From Methanocella sp. (GTDB taxonomy: Archaea; Thermoproteota; Bathyarchaeia; Bathyarchaeales; Bathycorpusculaceae), in NCBI GenBank assembly GCA_050261115.1, contig JBLNCY010000051.1:1-57178 (forward strand): a DNA stretch of 57,178 nt. Direction: 5' to 3'. The notes under the pieces are model-generated. The model searched no databases. It saw nothing but the letters and a program-made list of their open reading frames with translations, and was not told where the DNA came from. How positions within the stretch are numbered: position 1 is the first letter of the stretch; every line of letters starts with the position of its first letter. The position numbers and the translations under genes are program-made. This document shows positions 20,207 through 30,359 of the stretch, one piece after another.

Positions 20207-20264
20207 CTCTTGTCGTGTGGCAATGCCGCTTACTTTTTTTTAAAAAAAGGGAATTGGGGAGAGT

Positions 20265-21113
20265 TTAACTGAGGGTTTCAGCGATGACTAGGCGCCAGTC
20301 GGTGTTGTAGATGCCGATTGTTGTCCAGTACGCATCCTTACTAACTAGCGGTCTACCTTGGGCTAAGTCGTCGTAGTAGCTATAAGTGCCATACCCTGAC
20401 TGAGAATCCACTACTTGGTGAATGAAAGTTTGCAGTGAATCATAACCCTGATAGTCTGCATCAGTAAAGATGTTCTTGCCCTGTTCGGCGCCTGCATCAT
20501 AAATCAAGGTTCCATTACTCTGGAGCGCGTAGATGGTATAGATTCCTTGGGATGAATCAACAACTATGGGATGAATGAGTTCGTAGGGTAGGAAAACGAT
20601 GCTTAGGGCACCAATGAATTGGCCGTTGGTGTTAAAGATGGGTGCTACCATAACGATGCCTGGAAAACCCTCGACAAGTCCAATGAGGTTACTAAGTGCT
20701 GGGCGCATGGTTTTGTGCATCTCTATGTTTTGTTCCTGGTTAGCTATGTCTTCGCCGATGATACTGCTGTAGTTGCTTGGTTGGACGGCGACGAGGATGT
20801 CGTTTTTATCTGAGGTGGCTGCGTTGACGATGATGTTTGAGTTCTGGGTATACAGGTCGATTAGGACTTGGTCTGCGGCGGCGCCTGTTAAACCTGTAGT
20901 GGAGAGTTTTTGGCATGCATCGGATACTAATCTGTCGAGGCGTCGTAGTTCTTGGTTGATTTCGGCTGCGTCATGAATCAGCAACATGCCCATCTGCTCC
21001 TTCTTAGATTGGCTGCTTGATGAGAGGTTGTTGTTCCATTGGTAAACGTTTGCCGCCAAGGATGCTATCATGATAACTGCGAGAATTATGACTAAGAGTT
21101 TAACTTTGGTCAT
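20265..21113 (-). CDS. Membrane-anchored extracellular dCache-domain protein
   Basis: N-terminal TM, then the same Cache motifs (VAPIFNTNGQFIG, NGTLIYD, GYGTYSY, WTTIGIYNTDWRLV); no second TM or output domain. Confidence 0.8.
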   Translation of the reverse strand: MTKVKLLVIILAVIMIASLAANVYQWNNNLSSSSQSKKEQMGMLLIHDAAEINQELRRLDRLVSDACQKLSTTGLTGAAADQVLIDLYTQNSNIIVNAATSDKNDILVAVQPSNYSSIIGEDIANQEQNIEMHKTMRPALSNLIGLVEGFPGIVMVAPIFNTNGQFIGALSIVFLPYELIHPIVVDSSQGIYTIYALQSNGTLIYDAGAEQGKNIFTDADYQGYDSLQTFIHQVVDSQSGYGTYSYYDDLAQGRPLVSKDAYWTTIGIYNTDWRLVIAETLS

Positions 21114-21191
21114 TTCAATCGGTGAATGTTTGGCGGGTTTGGGTTTTAAGCCTTATGTTGCCTGCTAGTCAACCATCCAAACAAAAAGGGT

Positions 21192-21935
21192 CTATGGGGT
21201 TAGGTATTGAACCGTGGGTGTAACGGATTTGACGGTGACCGTGGCGTTCTGTTCGATAACAAATTCGCTTAAGCCCATATGTGTCTTGGAGTCTCCCCAG
21301 TCATAGGTGTAGCCGAGTCGGGTCCACGGGTAAGCCATAGGATAGTAGCTTTCGATTATGTTGGCGTTAAACCATTCTTTGTAGCTGGCGGTGGTGTTGG
21401 CGGGGAAGTTTAACTGTGCGGTGGTGTCAGTGACTTCATTGTCGGGGGTGGGTCGGAAGAGGTCTTGAGGTTTTACCCACAGCTCGACAAAATAAGTGTT
21501 GCTGGTGTTTGCTGGTAACCCTAAGAGTTGCGCCGCTCGGATGGTATAGTTGGCGTCTTTTGCGACGTTTGAGGCAAAGAACTCTTGGATCTCTGGCGCT
21601 GCGGTCACCCAGGTTTTGCCCCACTGCGTCGTGATATTTTGGTCTACTGGGTAACTGCTGACGTACTTGGTCCATGTAACTACTAGTACAGTGGCGTTTT
21701 CGCCTTCACCCTGCCAAACCAAATTGCTGTTATCCATGGTTATGGGTGTAAGGTTGGTTGAGATTTCACTTTGGTCAGCAACCATTGCATTCTTAATTGC
21801 CTCAGTGTAGCGTTCATCAAGGGTTGGCGACGGAGTAAACGCAGGCACAATAACCGCAGTATAAAGCGTCGAAACACCCAACGTTGCAACTATGCCTACA
21901 GCCAAAAACAAAACAAGTAACGTTTTATCCTTCAT
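21192..21935 (-). CDS. Exported conserved hypothetical protein
   Basis: N-terminal TM; VLVVTW, TWVT..PE, QLLGLP, FVELWV.P.DLFRP, YPWTRLGYTYDW, GLSEFV blocks. Confidence 0.7.
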   Translation of the reverse strand: MKDKTLLVLFLAVGIVATLGVSTLYTAVIVPAFTPSPTLDERYTEAIKNAMVADQSEISTNLTPITMDNSNLVWQGEGENATVLVVTWTKYVSSYPVDQNITTQWGKTWVTAAPEIQEFFASNVAKDANYTIRAAQLLGLPANTSNTYFVELWVKPQDLFRPTPDNEVTDTTAQLNFPANTTASYKEWFNANIIESYYPMAYPWTRLGYTYDWGDSKTHMGLSEFVIEQNATVTVKSVTPTVQYLTP

Positions 21936-22031
21936 ACTGCCCCTCTCTGTATGTACAGTTAGGGCTTAATGGTTAATAAAAAAGCCGCATACCCAAATGC
22001 ACAGACAAAAATTAAAAGAGGTAACTTGGGA

Positions 22032-22682
22032 TTATTCGACTGCTGTATCGTAGTAGCCCTTATCCACTTTCACAAATATTAACGGGCCATTGCTCTGCGC
22101 CATCTCGCGAGCTTTACGCAAAGTATTGTTTAGGGTCGTGAAGACTCGCTCCTTTTCGTCTTTTATACTCTGGATATTTTTCTCGCCTAGCTCCATTTTT
22201 AGCAGGTTCTCAGCTAGGATATCGGTGCCGCAGATTTCGCCGTTTTTGATAAGTGTGGCGACAACCACTTCTTGGAGTTCCATCTTATGCTCAAGTTTGT
22301 GCCAAAGCGGTTCAGCATCTACTATGTTCTTAGTGATTTTGCTCCATTTGCTAGCGTTTTGGTTACCGATAAGTATCTTAACGCGTTGTTTCCACTTCTT
22401 AAACCACATGTTGACCCAGATTGCCAAGAACGTGTCTAATTCGTCTGTGTTTTTCCTAAATAGGGTCTCTAATTTTTCGACAACTTCGCAATTGCTTGCC
22501 TCTTTTCCGACAAGCCCCCAATGGAACTTTAAATAGTTAGTGAAGTCTTGGTAAGCAACTTGGAGCACTTTTCGATCCGAACCCACGACATCCAAAGCTG
22601 GGTCGGCGTCTGCCAGTTTCTCCCCGATCATCATTTCTACGAAATTCATTATGATTCCCGCTGAAGCCCTCTCCATATTCAT
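22032..22682 (-). CDS. Hypothetical helical protein
   Basis: 216-aa ORF with normal composition filling the gap between genes. Confidence 0.65.
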   Translation of the reverse strand: MNMERASAGIIMNFVEMMIGEKLADADPALDVVGSDRKVLQVAYQDFTNYLKFHWGLVGKEASNCEVVEKLETLFRKNTDELDTFLAIWVNMWFKKWKQRVKILIGNQNASKWSKITKNIVDAEPLWHKLEHKMELQEVVVATLIKNGEICGTDILAENLLKMELGEKNIQSIKDEKERVFTTLNNTLRKAREMAQSNGPLIFVKVDKGYYDTAVE

Positions 22683-22769
22683 GTAACTTTAAGGTTACAG
22701 TTAAACTTTATTTTTAAAAAGCAATAGAATGGCTGTGAAAAAACGCAATATATTACGCACTCTGATATA

Positions 22770-23426
22770 TCAAACAAGCACTTTTAGCAGAGCACTTAAA
22801 TCAGAAAGTACCAAGTCTGGTTGCTCTTGCTCTAGTTCCTCTCGGGTATAGAGCCCCGAAAGCAGACCTATCGTCCTAACGCCAGCTGCTTTCCCCGCCC
22901 GCAAGTCATTCACAGAGTCACCAGCCATTATACAATCACAAATGTCCACGTTAAGGGCGTCAATACAAAGCAGTAAGCCTTCTGGGGAAGGTTTCGGCTT
23001 ATCCGTATCTAGCGCAGTAACGATGTGAGTAAAGTACTTAGCGATGCCATGCGTGTCAAGCTCCTTCTGCAGATACTCGCTTGGAACATGACGCATTGTA
23101 AATAGCCCCAACTTACACTTAGCCGATAAAACCGCCAGCGTAGCCTCAACATTGGGCAATAGCCTAGTCTCACGTTCGGTAATCGAATGGTATGCATCAA
23201 AATATACGGGTAAGAATTCGTCGGTGGTGCCGCCTGTGATGTCCTCGACGGGTCGACCTTGTTCAATTCGCTTGGGCAAGTCAAGCATAACTTCATCGGT
23301 GGGTATGGGTTTGCCTACGGCGCGGAAAGCTATTTTGGCTGCCTGCAGATATGCCGATGTGGAATCGACTATGGTGCCGTCGAGGTCTAGGAATATGCCT
23401 TTTGCTTTTAGTTTTGGTTGCTGCAT
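22770..23426 (-). CDS. HAD-superfamily hydrolase (Gph/PpaX-like)
   Basis: FLDLDGTIVDS, KPKPSP, GDSVND..AGKAAG. Confidence 0.92.
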   Translation of the reverse strand: MQQPKLKAKGIFLDLDGTIVDSTSAYLQAAKIAFRAVGKPIPTDEVMLDLPKRIEQGRPVEDITGGTTDEFLPVYFDAYHSITERETRLLPNVEATLAVLSAKCKLGLFTMRHVPSEYLQKELDTHGIAKYFTHIVTALDTDKPKPSPEGLLLCIDALNVDICDCIMAGDSVNDLRAGKAAGVRTIGLLSGLYTREELEQEQPDLVLSDLSALLKVLV

Positions 23427-23783
23427 TGATGTCTGTTTGTTGAGGTGGCTTTTGTTTCTTAAATGTTCCTCTGGTTTTTGGTCTTTTTTAGTAGATGGAA
23501 TTAATTTCTGGGGTGTTTTGATTGTGCTAAAAGCGTATTTTTTCAGGCGGTGCCTAACGGTTGCAACCCATTGAGGGTTTGTTAGGGGTTAAAAAAGGAA
23601 AAGGGTTTTGCATTACCCTTTCTCTTCTCCTAAATTGTGTTCCAGAGCCTCAACAACTCAAACTATTCAGGGATTGGTTATTAAGGTTTGTCTATGAACA
23701 CCCGACCGGGTCTCTATACTCATAAATGGTATAGCCCGGTCATGCGGTATTCTTTTCAAGCCCAAGTTCAACCCAAGGTTGAC

Positions 23784-23869
23784 TCTATATATAGGGGAGG
23801 AGGTTTCAGTGAGAGTAACAGAACCTTCCAAGCCACAAGAGTAGGCAACACCTCCCCCTCTATATGCCC
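23784..23869. repeat. Two degenerate copies of the intergenic element in inverted arrangement
   Basis: tctatatataggggaggaggt (23784-23804, +) and acctccccctctatatgccc (23850-23869; reverse complement gggcatatagagggggaggt). Confidence 0.65.
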
Positions 23870-23898
23870 TTTTAAACGCCCCTATACTATACAATGGT

Positions 23899-24537
23899 AT
23901 GCCAAAGCTGTATCTATTGGGCGGGGAAAACGTTTCTCAAAAAAGCGCCAGAACCGTTAATGCAGCAGCGTTTGAGGATGCAGGCGGCAGACCACGCGTT
24001 GTCATTTTTACATGGGCAAGGCCATCTTTTGATAAGGCTTACAGTAAACGCAGGCTCTTAGAGGATTATTTTAGGCGTCTGGGCGCCGAATCCGTGGAAT
24101 ACGCAGACTACAACCAAGCGGGCTTAACCCAAAAGATAGCCGAGGCGGATGTGGTTTATTTTACTGGCGGCCAAGCAAGCATACTCATCGAGCGCGCCAA
24201 AAACCTGCACCTAGAGAAGTATCTGCGGGGCTTTATCGGGATTATTGTTGGGCGAAGCGCGGGTGCGCTGGCACTGTGCAGTAGATGCGTAACTACCCAA
24301 CGCTACAGCGGCAAAGTTAGGGTTATAGAGGGATTGGGGCTGGTAGATATCACGTTAAAAACGCATTATATCGAGCGGGACGATGGGAATCTGGAGCGTT
24401 TCTCGTTCAGTAAGCCGGTTTATGCAGTTCCCAAGGATTCCGCGCTAATCTACGACAACGGTAGCCTCACGGCATTAGGCGAGGTGTACTTGTTTAATGG
24501 CGGCAAACGCCAATTGTTTATTCAAACGTGCCTATGA
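23899..24537 (+). CDS. Peptidase S51 (dipeptidase E/cyanophycinase-like)
   Basis: LLGGE, ADVVYFTGG, nucleophile elbow GRSAGA, GLGLV...THY. Confidence 0.85.
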   Translation: MPKLYLLGGENVSQKSARTVNAAAFEDAGGRPRVVIFTWARPSFDKAYSKRRLLEDYFRRLGAESVEYADYNQAGLTQKIAEADVVYFTGGQASILIERAKNLHLEKYLRGFIGIIVGRSAGALALCSRCVTTQRYSGKVRVIEGLGLVDITLKTHYIERDDGNLERFSFSKPVYAVPKDSALIYDNGSLTALGEVYLFNGGKRQLFIQTCL

Positions 24538-25305
24538 GAGGTATCGGTGGACATAGATTTTTGATTTAACAATATAGGAACTCAATACCACTGTGAGCAC
24601 AGTTCCTAAGGTTGCAAGCACTATTATGTCTCCGAAGACCCATCCGAAAAAGACGCCTTGAAAAGCCTCCCAGGGAATCATACCAAAAGCGGCCATCGCA
24701 CCCACTCCAAAAGCTCCCGAGACCACACTGGCAAGCAACACCCCGATTGGCAGCCATGTAAGCCAGGTCTTGCGGTCCTCAATTAAGGCCTGAACAAGCA
24801 CCAACACAATACTAAGAACAAACGTAACAATAAACAGGGTTGCATAAGAGTAGACTAGGAAAAATGCCGAGGAAACCAAAACCGCCAACAATAATCCATT
24901 AAGAGCATAAGTTGCTTTAGGCTGCTTGAGCTTAAGGGTGGGCTTTATTCTAAGTGAGCGATAAATTAAAAGTGGCACCAACCCCTCAAAGAGGTCAGCT
25001 AGTGACCAAACCAGAATAAACTCTAAGGTGTAGCCGGGGACTCCTAAACTGCCCAGATATAGCCCCATAAAAACGCAGCTAACATAACCAGCCATTACTC
25101 CCCAGAGGCCAAACCAAAGCGCCAACGGCACATAAACCGCTGCAGCTAAATACAGCCCTGAAACGCCAGTCGCAGCTCCAGCAGCAGAATCAACTGGCGC
25201 TGACACAACTGCATAAATCGCCAAGACCGTACATACTATGGTTGCCACTACAAAGACGAGCGGTTGCCGCCAAGTAATGCCCCTAGCCTTGGTGGATTTA
25301 GCCAT
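24532..25305 (-). CDS. Integral membrane protein (ECF S-component/MASE1-like)
   Basis: About 7 hydrophobic segments; YLAAAVYVPLALWFG.WG, GWVFGD. Confidence 0.6.
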   Translation of the reverse strand: MAKSTKARGITWRQPLVFVVATIVCTVLAIYAVVSAPVDSAAGAATGVSGLYLAAAVYVPLALWFGLWGVMAGYVSCVFMGLYLGSLGVPGYTLEFILVWSLADLFEGLVPLLIYRSLRIKPTLKLKQPKATYALNGLLLAVLVSSAFFLVYSYATLFIVTFVLSIVLVLVQALIEDRKTWLTWLPIGVLLASVVSGAFGVGAMAAFGMIPWEAFQGVFFGWVFGDIIVLATLGTVLTVVLSSYIVKSKIYVHRYLS

Positions 25306-25361
25306 AAAACGCTAATTAGCGCTAAAGAGAAATAAACTTTAAGTCAAAACCGTTTGCGAAT

Positions 25362-25718
25362 TTATAGTCGTTCTTTAACTTTCTCGGTTAGTACTTTGAT
25401 TATTTCTTCCTTGTTATTTTCTATAAAGTTCCAGACTTCTTTGACTTCTTTATCTATGCCTGCATCGGCTTTGTAGTTATTTTTTATCCGCCAAAGACTC
25501 TTGTTCTCTACCAGTAACTGCTCAAGCAAATCGTAGGTTTCATTATCCAGCATAGCCTTGCCAGAAGACGATTTCTGGGTGATTGACGCCTGATTAGCGG
25601 TGCTTTGAATGTCCATGCAACGCTTTTGGTTACTGCTCTCCTGGGAAGATTTGCAAACCATAACGCTTGTGTCCCCTTTGCTGTTAGTGGCGGTGAGAAC
25701 CTCGCTTTTCTCGCTCAA
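25362..25718 (-). CDS. Hypothetical protein with C-terminal two-helix, half-ferritin-like domain
   Basis: GGGGAGGTGA RBS before TTG at 25718; DNETYDLLEQL..ENKSLWRIKNNY..DA. Confidence 0.6.
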   Translation of the reverse strand: MSEKSEVLTATNSKGDTSVMVCKSSQESSNQKRCMDIQSTANQASITQKSSSGKAMLDNETYDLLEQLLVENKSLWRIKNNYKADAGIDKEVKEVWNFIENNKEEIIKVLTEKVKERL

Positions 25719-25875
25719 AAAAATGTCACCTCCCCTTAGAATGATACACTTACTTGCTTTCTTTTGAGCAAACTTAAGCGTATGTGATTGTAAAAAGCCC
25801 TCAACACCCAAATTTGACTGCAATCTAAATAAGCAAGACGGGCATACGGCTTATAACGCAACCAGAGGCATAGAC

Positions 25876-26742
25876 GTGACCACATCATACAACATGACCG
25901 CAGGTCAGCAAGCATACTATAAACTAGACGAGCATGGAAACGCAACCGTTACCCTCCGAAGTAAAACACCCCTAAAGCCCCGTGCCGTCTACGTTGGCGA
26001 GGCATCCATGCGGTGCATGTGGACTCACACGGGTAAGAGTTCAAGCTGGCATTTCAACCCAACCATACTAACCCCAATCCAAGCACAGTATACTCAAACA
26101 ACCGATGGGCAAGACCAAATTCTAACAGTAGAACTCGGCAAAATCATGCCAGCCCATGGCCTAATAGACCATAACCTCACAGGGGAAATCCGTGCCTCAG
26201 CGGTGCATTTGGATTTGCCCTATGCAACCGACCTCTGGGTATTCATCCTAAAATCACCCATTGAGCCACCCCAAGTATTCTCTGATAAAGCATCACTTAA
26301 CATAGCGCACACCCTAGCGTATGTTACGCAGCAGGTTGAACCTCGAGAAGATACCCTTCGCAGCTATGTTACCATGCATGGGGAAGGTTTTACAGAAGTC
26401 ACGGTAAACCTCCAAAGACGCATGGCCTGCAGTAAGGTGGATGAAACCCTGACGCAGCTAAAATTTGGCGCCTCAGCCATCACCTGGAAACCCACAGTTA
26501 GAACCTTTGATGTCACCCTAACCTCATTATCTACAATCACACGTGAAAAGTTTTTAGAATTCCTATTAGCCCTTGGTGCAGAAGCCCAGAAAGGTATCTT
26601 TGCTAATCTAAAAAGCGACTTCGTCTTAGGCGATGGTCCAGCAATAGAGTACACACTCACGCTGAGGGGCGATAAGAAGTATATTGGAAAAGAGGAAGAT
26701 AAAACGGCGCTAAAATTAGCTTTTAGCGTCGAATCACTTTAG
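25876..26742 (+). CDS. Hypothetical protein
   Basis: 288-aa ORF with GAGG upstream of GTG; no recognisable motif. Confidence 0.6.
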   Translation: MTTSYNMTAGQQAYYKLDEHGNATVTLRSKTPLKPRAVYVGEASMRCMWTHTGKSSSWHFNPTILTPIQAQYTQTTDGQDQILTVELGKIMPAHGLIDHNLTGEIRASAVHLDLPYATDLWVFILKSPIEPPQVFSDKASLNIAHTLAYVTQQVEPREDTLRSYVTMHGEGFTEVTVNLQRRMACSKVDETLTQLKFGASAITWKPTVRTFDVTLTSLSTITREKFLEFLLALGAEAQKGIFANLKSDFVLGDGPAIEYTLTLRGDKKYIGKEEDKTALKLAFSVESL

Positions 26743-27814
26743 CTAAAATTACGCCGACCAAAATCAGCACCAAAAACACGATACCTAATCCGTACAGCGA
26801 GTACCGTATGATCTCTTCGGAGTGATAGACCGCTGTGGTCGGTATACCTGCTAAGTAAGCGCCTAAAAATATGGCAACAAACACCGCGCCGACCGCTTCT
26901 AGGGCATACAGATATTTTGCTGCTCTAAACTGCCGACGATAAAGCAATAGCGGTATACCCGCCAAGGGCAGTGCTAGCATCCAGAGGTCCAGGTTGTGTC
27001 CAAGTATCCAAGCGTACCATTCGTTCCAGCCTCCGAAGAATATCCAGGTGAGGTAATTCCAAAGGAAATACGTGCCCAGCGCAGTCAATATGACGCCGAC
27101 GCCGCCGAGACTAACCGCCTCGACAGATATGGCATGCATTGATTTTTTAGCAAAGTACCCCGCATAAACGGCCAACGCAAGCAACCCTACTAAGGTTACC
27201 GTGACGCTCAGGAGGTATTGGGGGGTGTTGAAAATATAATTCCATCCCTCATCTAAGCCAGTGATGATCCACATGCCGCTGTTGTTTAGCCACAACGCCA
27301 CAACATAGAAGAATCCTGCCAAGGTCGCCCATTTAATCGCTGGCTGTGGGGCTTTGTCGGGGTTGAGTTTTCGGGCGAGCATGAATAGGCATATGGGGAT
27401 GCTTATTGAAGCGACGATGCAGGGTATGCCCGTTGAGATGAGCAGGCTCCAGTTGATTCCAACCCTGCTTGGCAGTAAACCCCAGATACCTGAGGGCAAG
27501 AGTCCTACCCAATAGAGGCCTTCTAAGACGATTATTGCGCGGAGTATCTTGTAAGCGGTAGACTGCGACAAACCCTTGATGAAATAAAGTACTGCTCCAG
27601 TTGCCGCAAGGATACCTGCTAAGAACCGGAAAATAAGAAATACAAACGCGGTTACATCAGTGACAAATATCCAGGATCGTGTTGGTTCCCTGAGAGGTTC
27701 CCATTCACCCACCCAAGAAAGCACAAACGTCGCATGCAGTGTAAACAGGAAATAAGCTAAAGCTACAATTATTAAACCTATTTTTAGCGGTGTTAGAGTC
27801 TTTTTTTGCTCCAA
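26723..27814 (-). CDS. Hypothetical polytopic membrane protein
   Basis: About 10 TM segments in 363 aa. Confidence 0.7.
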   Translation of the reverse strand: MEQKKTLTPLKIGLIIVALAYFLFTLHATFVLSWVGEWEPLREPTRSWIFVTDVTAFVFLIFRFLAGILAATGAVLYFIKGLSQSTAYKILRAIIVLEGLYWVGLLPSGIWGLLPSRVGINWSLLISTGIPCIVASISIPICLFMLARKLNPDKAPQPAIKWATLAGFFYVVALWLNNSGMWIITGLDEGWNYIFNTPQYLLSVTVTLVGLLALAVYAGYFAKKSMHAISVEAVSLGGVGVILTALGTYFLWNYLTWIFFGGWNEWYAWILGHNLDLWMLALPLAGIPLLLYRRQFRAAKYLYALEAVGAVFVAIFLGAYLAGIPTTAVYHSEEIIRYSLYGLGIVFLVLILVGVILAKVIRR

Positions 27815-28013
27815 TAAAACCCCTAAACTAACTCAGGTTGATAGGTATATTATTTTTGTGGTCGCCTAGTTGCACCAATGGCGTTAGCGCATTTGAAGCT
27901 ACCTTGAAATTGTCAAGTTGCGAGGGTATTCTGTGCTGCCAAAAGGAGCGTTTGTTTATAACATACCAACAGAGAAGCCTAAAGACACATTCGCTATTCA
28001 GGATTCGAACTTT

Positions 28014-28027
28014 GAAACTCTTATATA
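28014..28027 (+). promoter_or_regulatory. BRE/TATA promoter of aIF1 gene
   Basis: gaaactcTTATATA about 32 nt upstream of ATG 28059. Confidence 0.55.
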
Positions 28028-28058
28028 CACCACCTGCTAATTTCTTTCTTGAGATTCA

Positions 28059-28367
28059 ATGGCTGAAGTTTGTTCAATATGCGGATTACCTAAAGACCTA
28101 TGTGTCTGTGGAGAGATAGAGAAAGAGCAACAGCGTATCCGAATACGCCTTGAAACCCGAAAATTTGGCAAAGCAACCACCATAATCGATGGCATGGATG
28201 ATAAGAATTCAAACCTCCAAACCGTCGCTCAAAAACTCAAAACCTTCTGCGCATGCGGTGGAACACACAAAAACGGGCAAATTATGCTACAGGGCGACCA
28301 TCGAGACCGCGTAAAAGAATTCTTGATCAAAGCAGGCTACCCGCAGGAAAACATCGAGCTACAGTAA
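28059..28367 (+). CDS. sui1: Translation initiation factor SUI1/aIF1
   Basis: CSICGLPKDLCVC, RKFGKATTIIDG, LKTFCACGGT, LQGDHR. Confidence 0.97.
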   Translation: MAEVCSICGLPKDLCVCGEIEKEQQRIRIRLETRKFGKATTIIDGMDDKNSNLQTVAQKLKTFCACGGTHKNGQIMLQGDHRDRVKEFLIKAGYPQENIELQ

Positions 28368-28415
28368 ACTGGTGACCGCAAAGAACCAGCAAATTAGCAA
28401 GGGGCACCCTCAAGA

Positions 28416-28667
28416 ATGAAAAAACTAGGTGGCTTGCGCGACGTTTTTAGGCACACGAAGCGCCGCACACCGACCCAAATTTTTTGTCCCCGATGCTGCA
28501 GCCCGAAAATCCACCTCAGCAGCAGTCTAGATATCTGGCTAACACCTAAACAGTATTATTGTCCGGAATGCGGCTACCATGGTATCGTTGTTATGGAGCT
28601 AGAGCCTGAGGAAGCCCAAAAAGAAACGCAAACCAACAAAACTGCAGCGTCAGAAGGCTCTACTTAA
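28416..28667 (+). CDS. Small zinc-ribbon protein
   Basis: FCPRC.S...WLTPKQYYCPECGYHG. Confidence 0.8.
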   Translation: MKKLGGLRDVFRHTKRRTPTQIFCPRCCSPKIHLSSSLDIWLTPKQYYCPECGYHGIVVMELEPEEAQKETQTNKTAASEGST

Positions 28668-28728
28668 TACCGATTAAGTACAGAAGAAGCTAAGTTAAGA
28701 TTAATTGAAAAATAAGAAAATAAGTGCC

Positions 28729-29673
28729 CTAGTCGGGCAATTCAAGATTTAGTTGCTTTTTGAGGGTCTTATAGCGGTTTCTGACCGTGACCTCTGTAAC
28801 GCCTGCGGCTTCAGCGATGTCTTTTTGGGTCTTTTTCTCGTTGTTCTGTAGGCATGCAATGTAAAGGGCTGCGGCTGCTAAACCCATGGGGTCTTTTCCT
28901 GCGGCTGCACGTTTGCGTCTGGCTTCCCTGAGGATGTTTATGGCTGCACCTTGGGTCTTGCCTGAGATGCCTGTTTTTTCAGCGATCTTTGAGACGTAGG
29001 TTAATGGGTCAGCAATCGGCATATGTACTTCAAGTTCTCTAAGTAACAGCCTGTAGCAGCGTGCGACGTCTTTCTTGTCAACTAGGCTGGCTTCGGCGAT
29101 TTCGCGGAGTGTTCTTGGTGTTCCGCTTCCTCGGCAAGCTGCATATAGGGCTGCGGCTGCGATGGCTGCGATGGAGCGACCGCGAACTAGGCCTTTGTCG
29201 AGTGCTTTTCGGTAGACGACGGCGGCTTTTTCTTTGATTGGTGGTGGTATGTAGACTTTGTCTGATAAGCGGTCGAGTTCCGCCATCGCTTGTGCTAGGT
29301 TGCGGTCGATGGATGAGTGGACTCTGCTGCGGATCTGCCATTTACGTAAACGCCACATCTGTAGACGCGTAGATAAAGGCAGTTTCCTGCCAAAGGCGTC
29401 GCGGTCTACTTGGCTGATGGCTGTGGACAAACCTTTATCGTGAACTGAGTAAGAGGTCGGTACACCCACACGGCTTCTGGAGGCTTTTTCTTCCTGTGTA
29501 AAAGCACGCCATTCTGGGCCTTTGTCCATCATCTGTTCGTAGAGGACCAGACCGCAGTCACCACAAACGGTTTCTCCAGTGTCATAATCATGAACTAGGT
29601 TATTGCCGCCGCATTCTGGGCACTTATCGGCTTGTCGTTGGGTTGTTCTCGGTGCTTCTTTTTTTATGCTCAA
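28729..29673 (-). CDS. tfb: Transcription initiation factor IIB
   Basis: CPECG...VCGDCG ribbon, GPEWRAF, LVRGRSI, GKDPMGLAAA, TQKDIAEAAGVTEVTVRNRYK. Confidence 0.98.
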   Translation of the reverse strand: MSIKKEAPRTTQRQADKCPECGGNNLVHDYDTGETVCGDCGLVLYEQMMDKGPEWRAFTQEEKASRSRVGVPTSYSVHDKGLSTAISQVDRDAFGRKLPLSTRLQMWRLRKWQIRSRVHSSIDRNLAQAMAELDRLSDKVYIPPPIKEKAAVVYRKALDKGLVRGRSIAAIAAAALYAACRGSGTPRTLREIAEASLVDKKDVARCYRLLLRELEVHMPIADPLTYVSKIAEKTGISGKTQGAAINILREARRKRAAAGKDPMGLAAAALYIACLQNNEKKTQKDIAEAAGVTEVTVRNRYKTLKKQLNLELPD

Positions 29674-30140
29674 TTCTTATTCCTCACGTTAATATGCGTA
29701 GAACCGTCACCATAGGCCAAAGAGGCTAGAATTAGTACATTCGGCCCGCGCAAACTAAGCAGATGAACGTCTCTATTATTTAAAACTTTTGGTTTATTAA
29801 ATCTATTGCACAAGATGTTTTGTAATTTGCGCCTAAGGGCATAGATTACTTTATTATAGTAAGCGTAAAAATGTGTAAATATGGGGGGCAAGCTTACCGG
29901 TTTTACCATACGGTAATACAAAAACACCACAAACAAACGCCTCAACGACCCCCACCCAAGCCCCCCAGAGCTATGCGGCTAGATGCCAACCCTGATCAGC
30001 CTTTTTCGATCGAAGACGCATGCAACAGACGCATTGGTTGAAAACTTTACAGTGAAAACGCAAGAACGCTTATTAGGATAAAAATTGCCCATTAACCTCT
30101 AACAATAAATAAAACCGCGCTATCACTGTGTGACTAGTGC

Positions 30141-30213
30141 AGCCCGTTGGTGTAGTGGTCAAGCATATCGGGCTTTGGACCCGGTGACGAGAGTTCGAAT
30201 CTCTCACGGGCTA
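30141..30213 (+). tRNA. tRNA-Gln (UUG)
   Basis: Acceptor AGCCCGT/ACGGGCT, anticodon arm TCGGG-CT TTG GA-CCCGG, T arm GAGAG-TTCGAAT-CTCTC; no intron, CCA not encoded. Confidence 0.95.
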
Positions 30214-30359
30214 CCTCCTTCTAGAGTTAATTTTATACTTTTCAAGTAGATGGTGAACAGGGGGCTCGCCATTACCCCATTTTCTTTTTCTCTACTATAG
30301 AAGGTTGGTTAGAGGTTTCTTACATTGCAACAAAATTTTGGTTTAATGGTAATTAGGTT

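Noticed and set aside
29670-29945. 91-aa ORF upstream of tfb
   Set aside because: No Gar1-like or other recognisable features; AT-rich promoter-like sequence.
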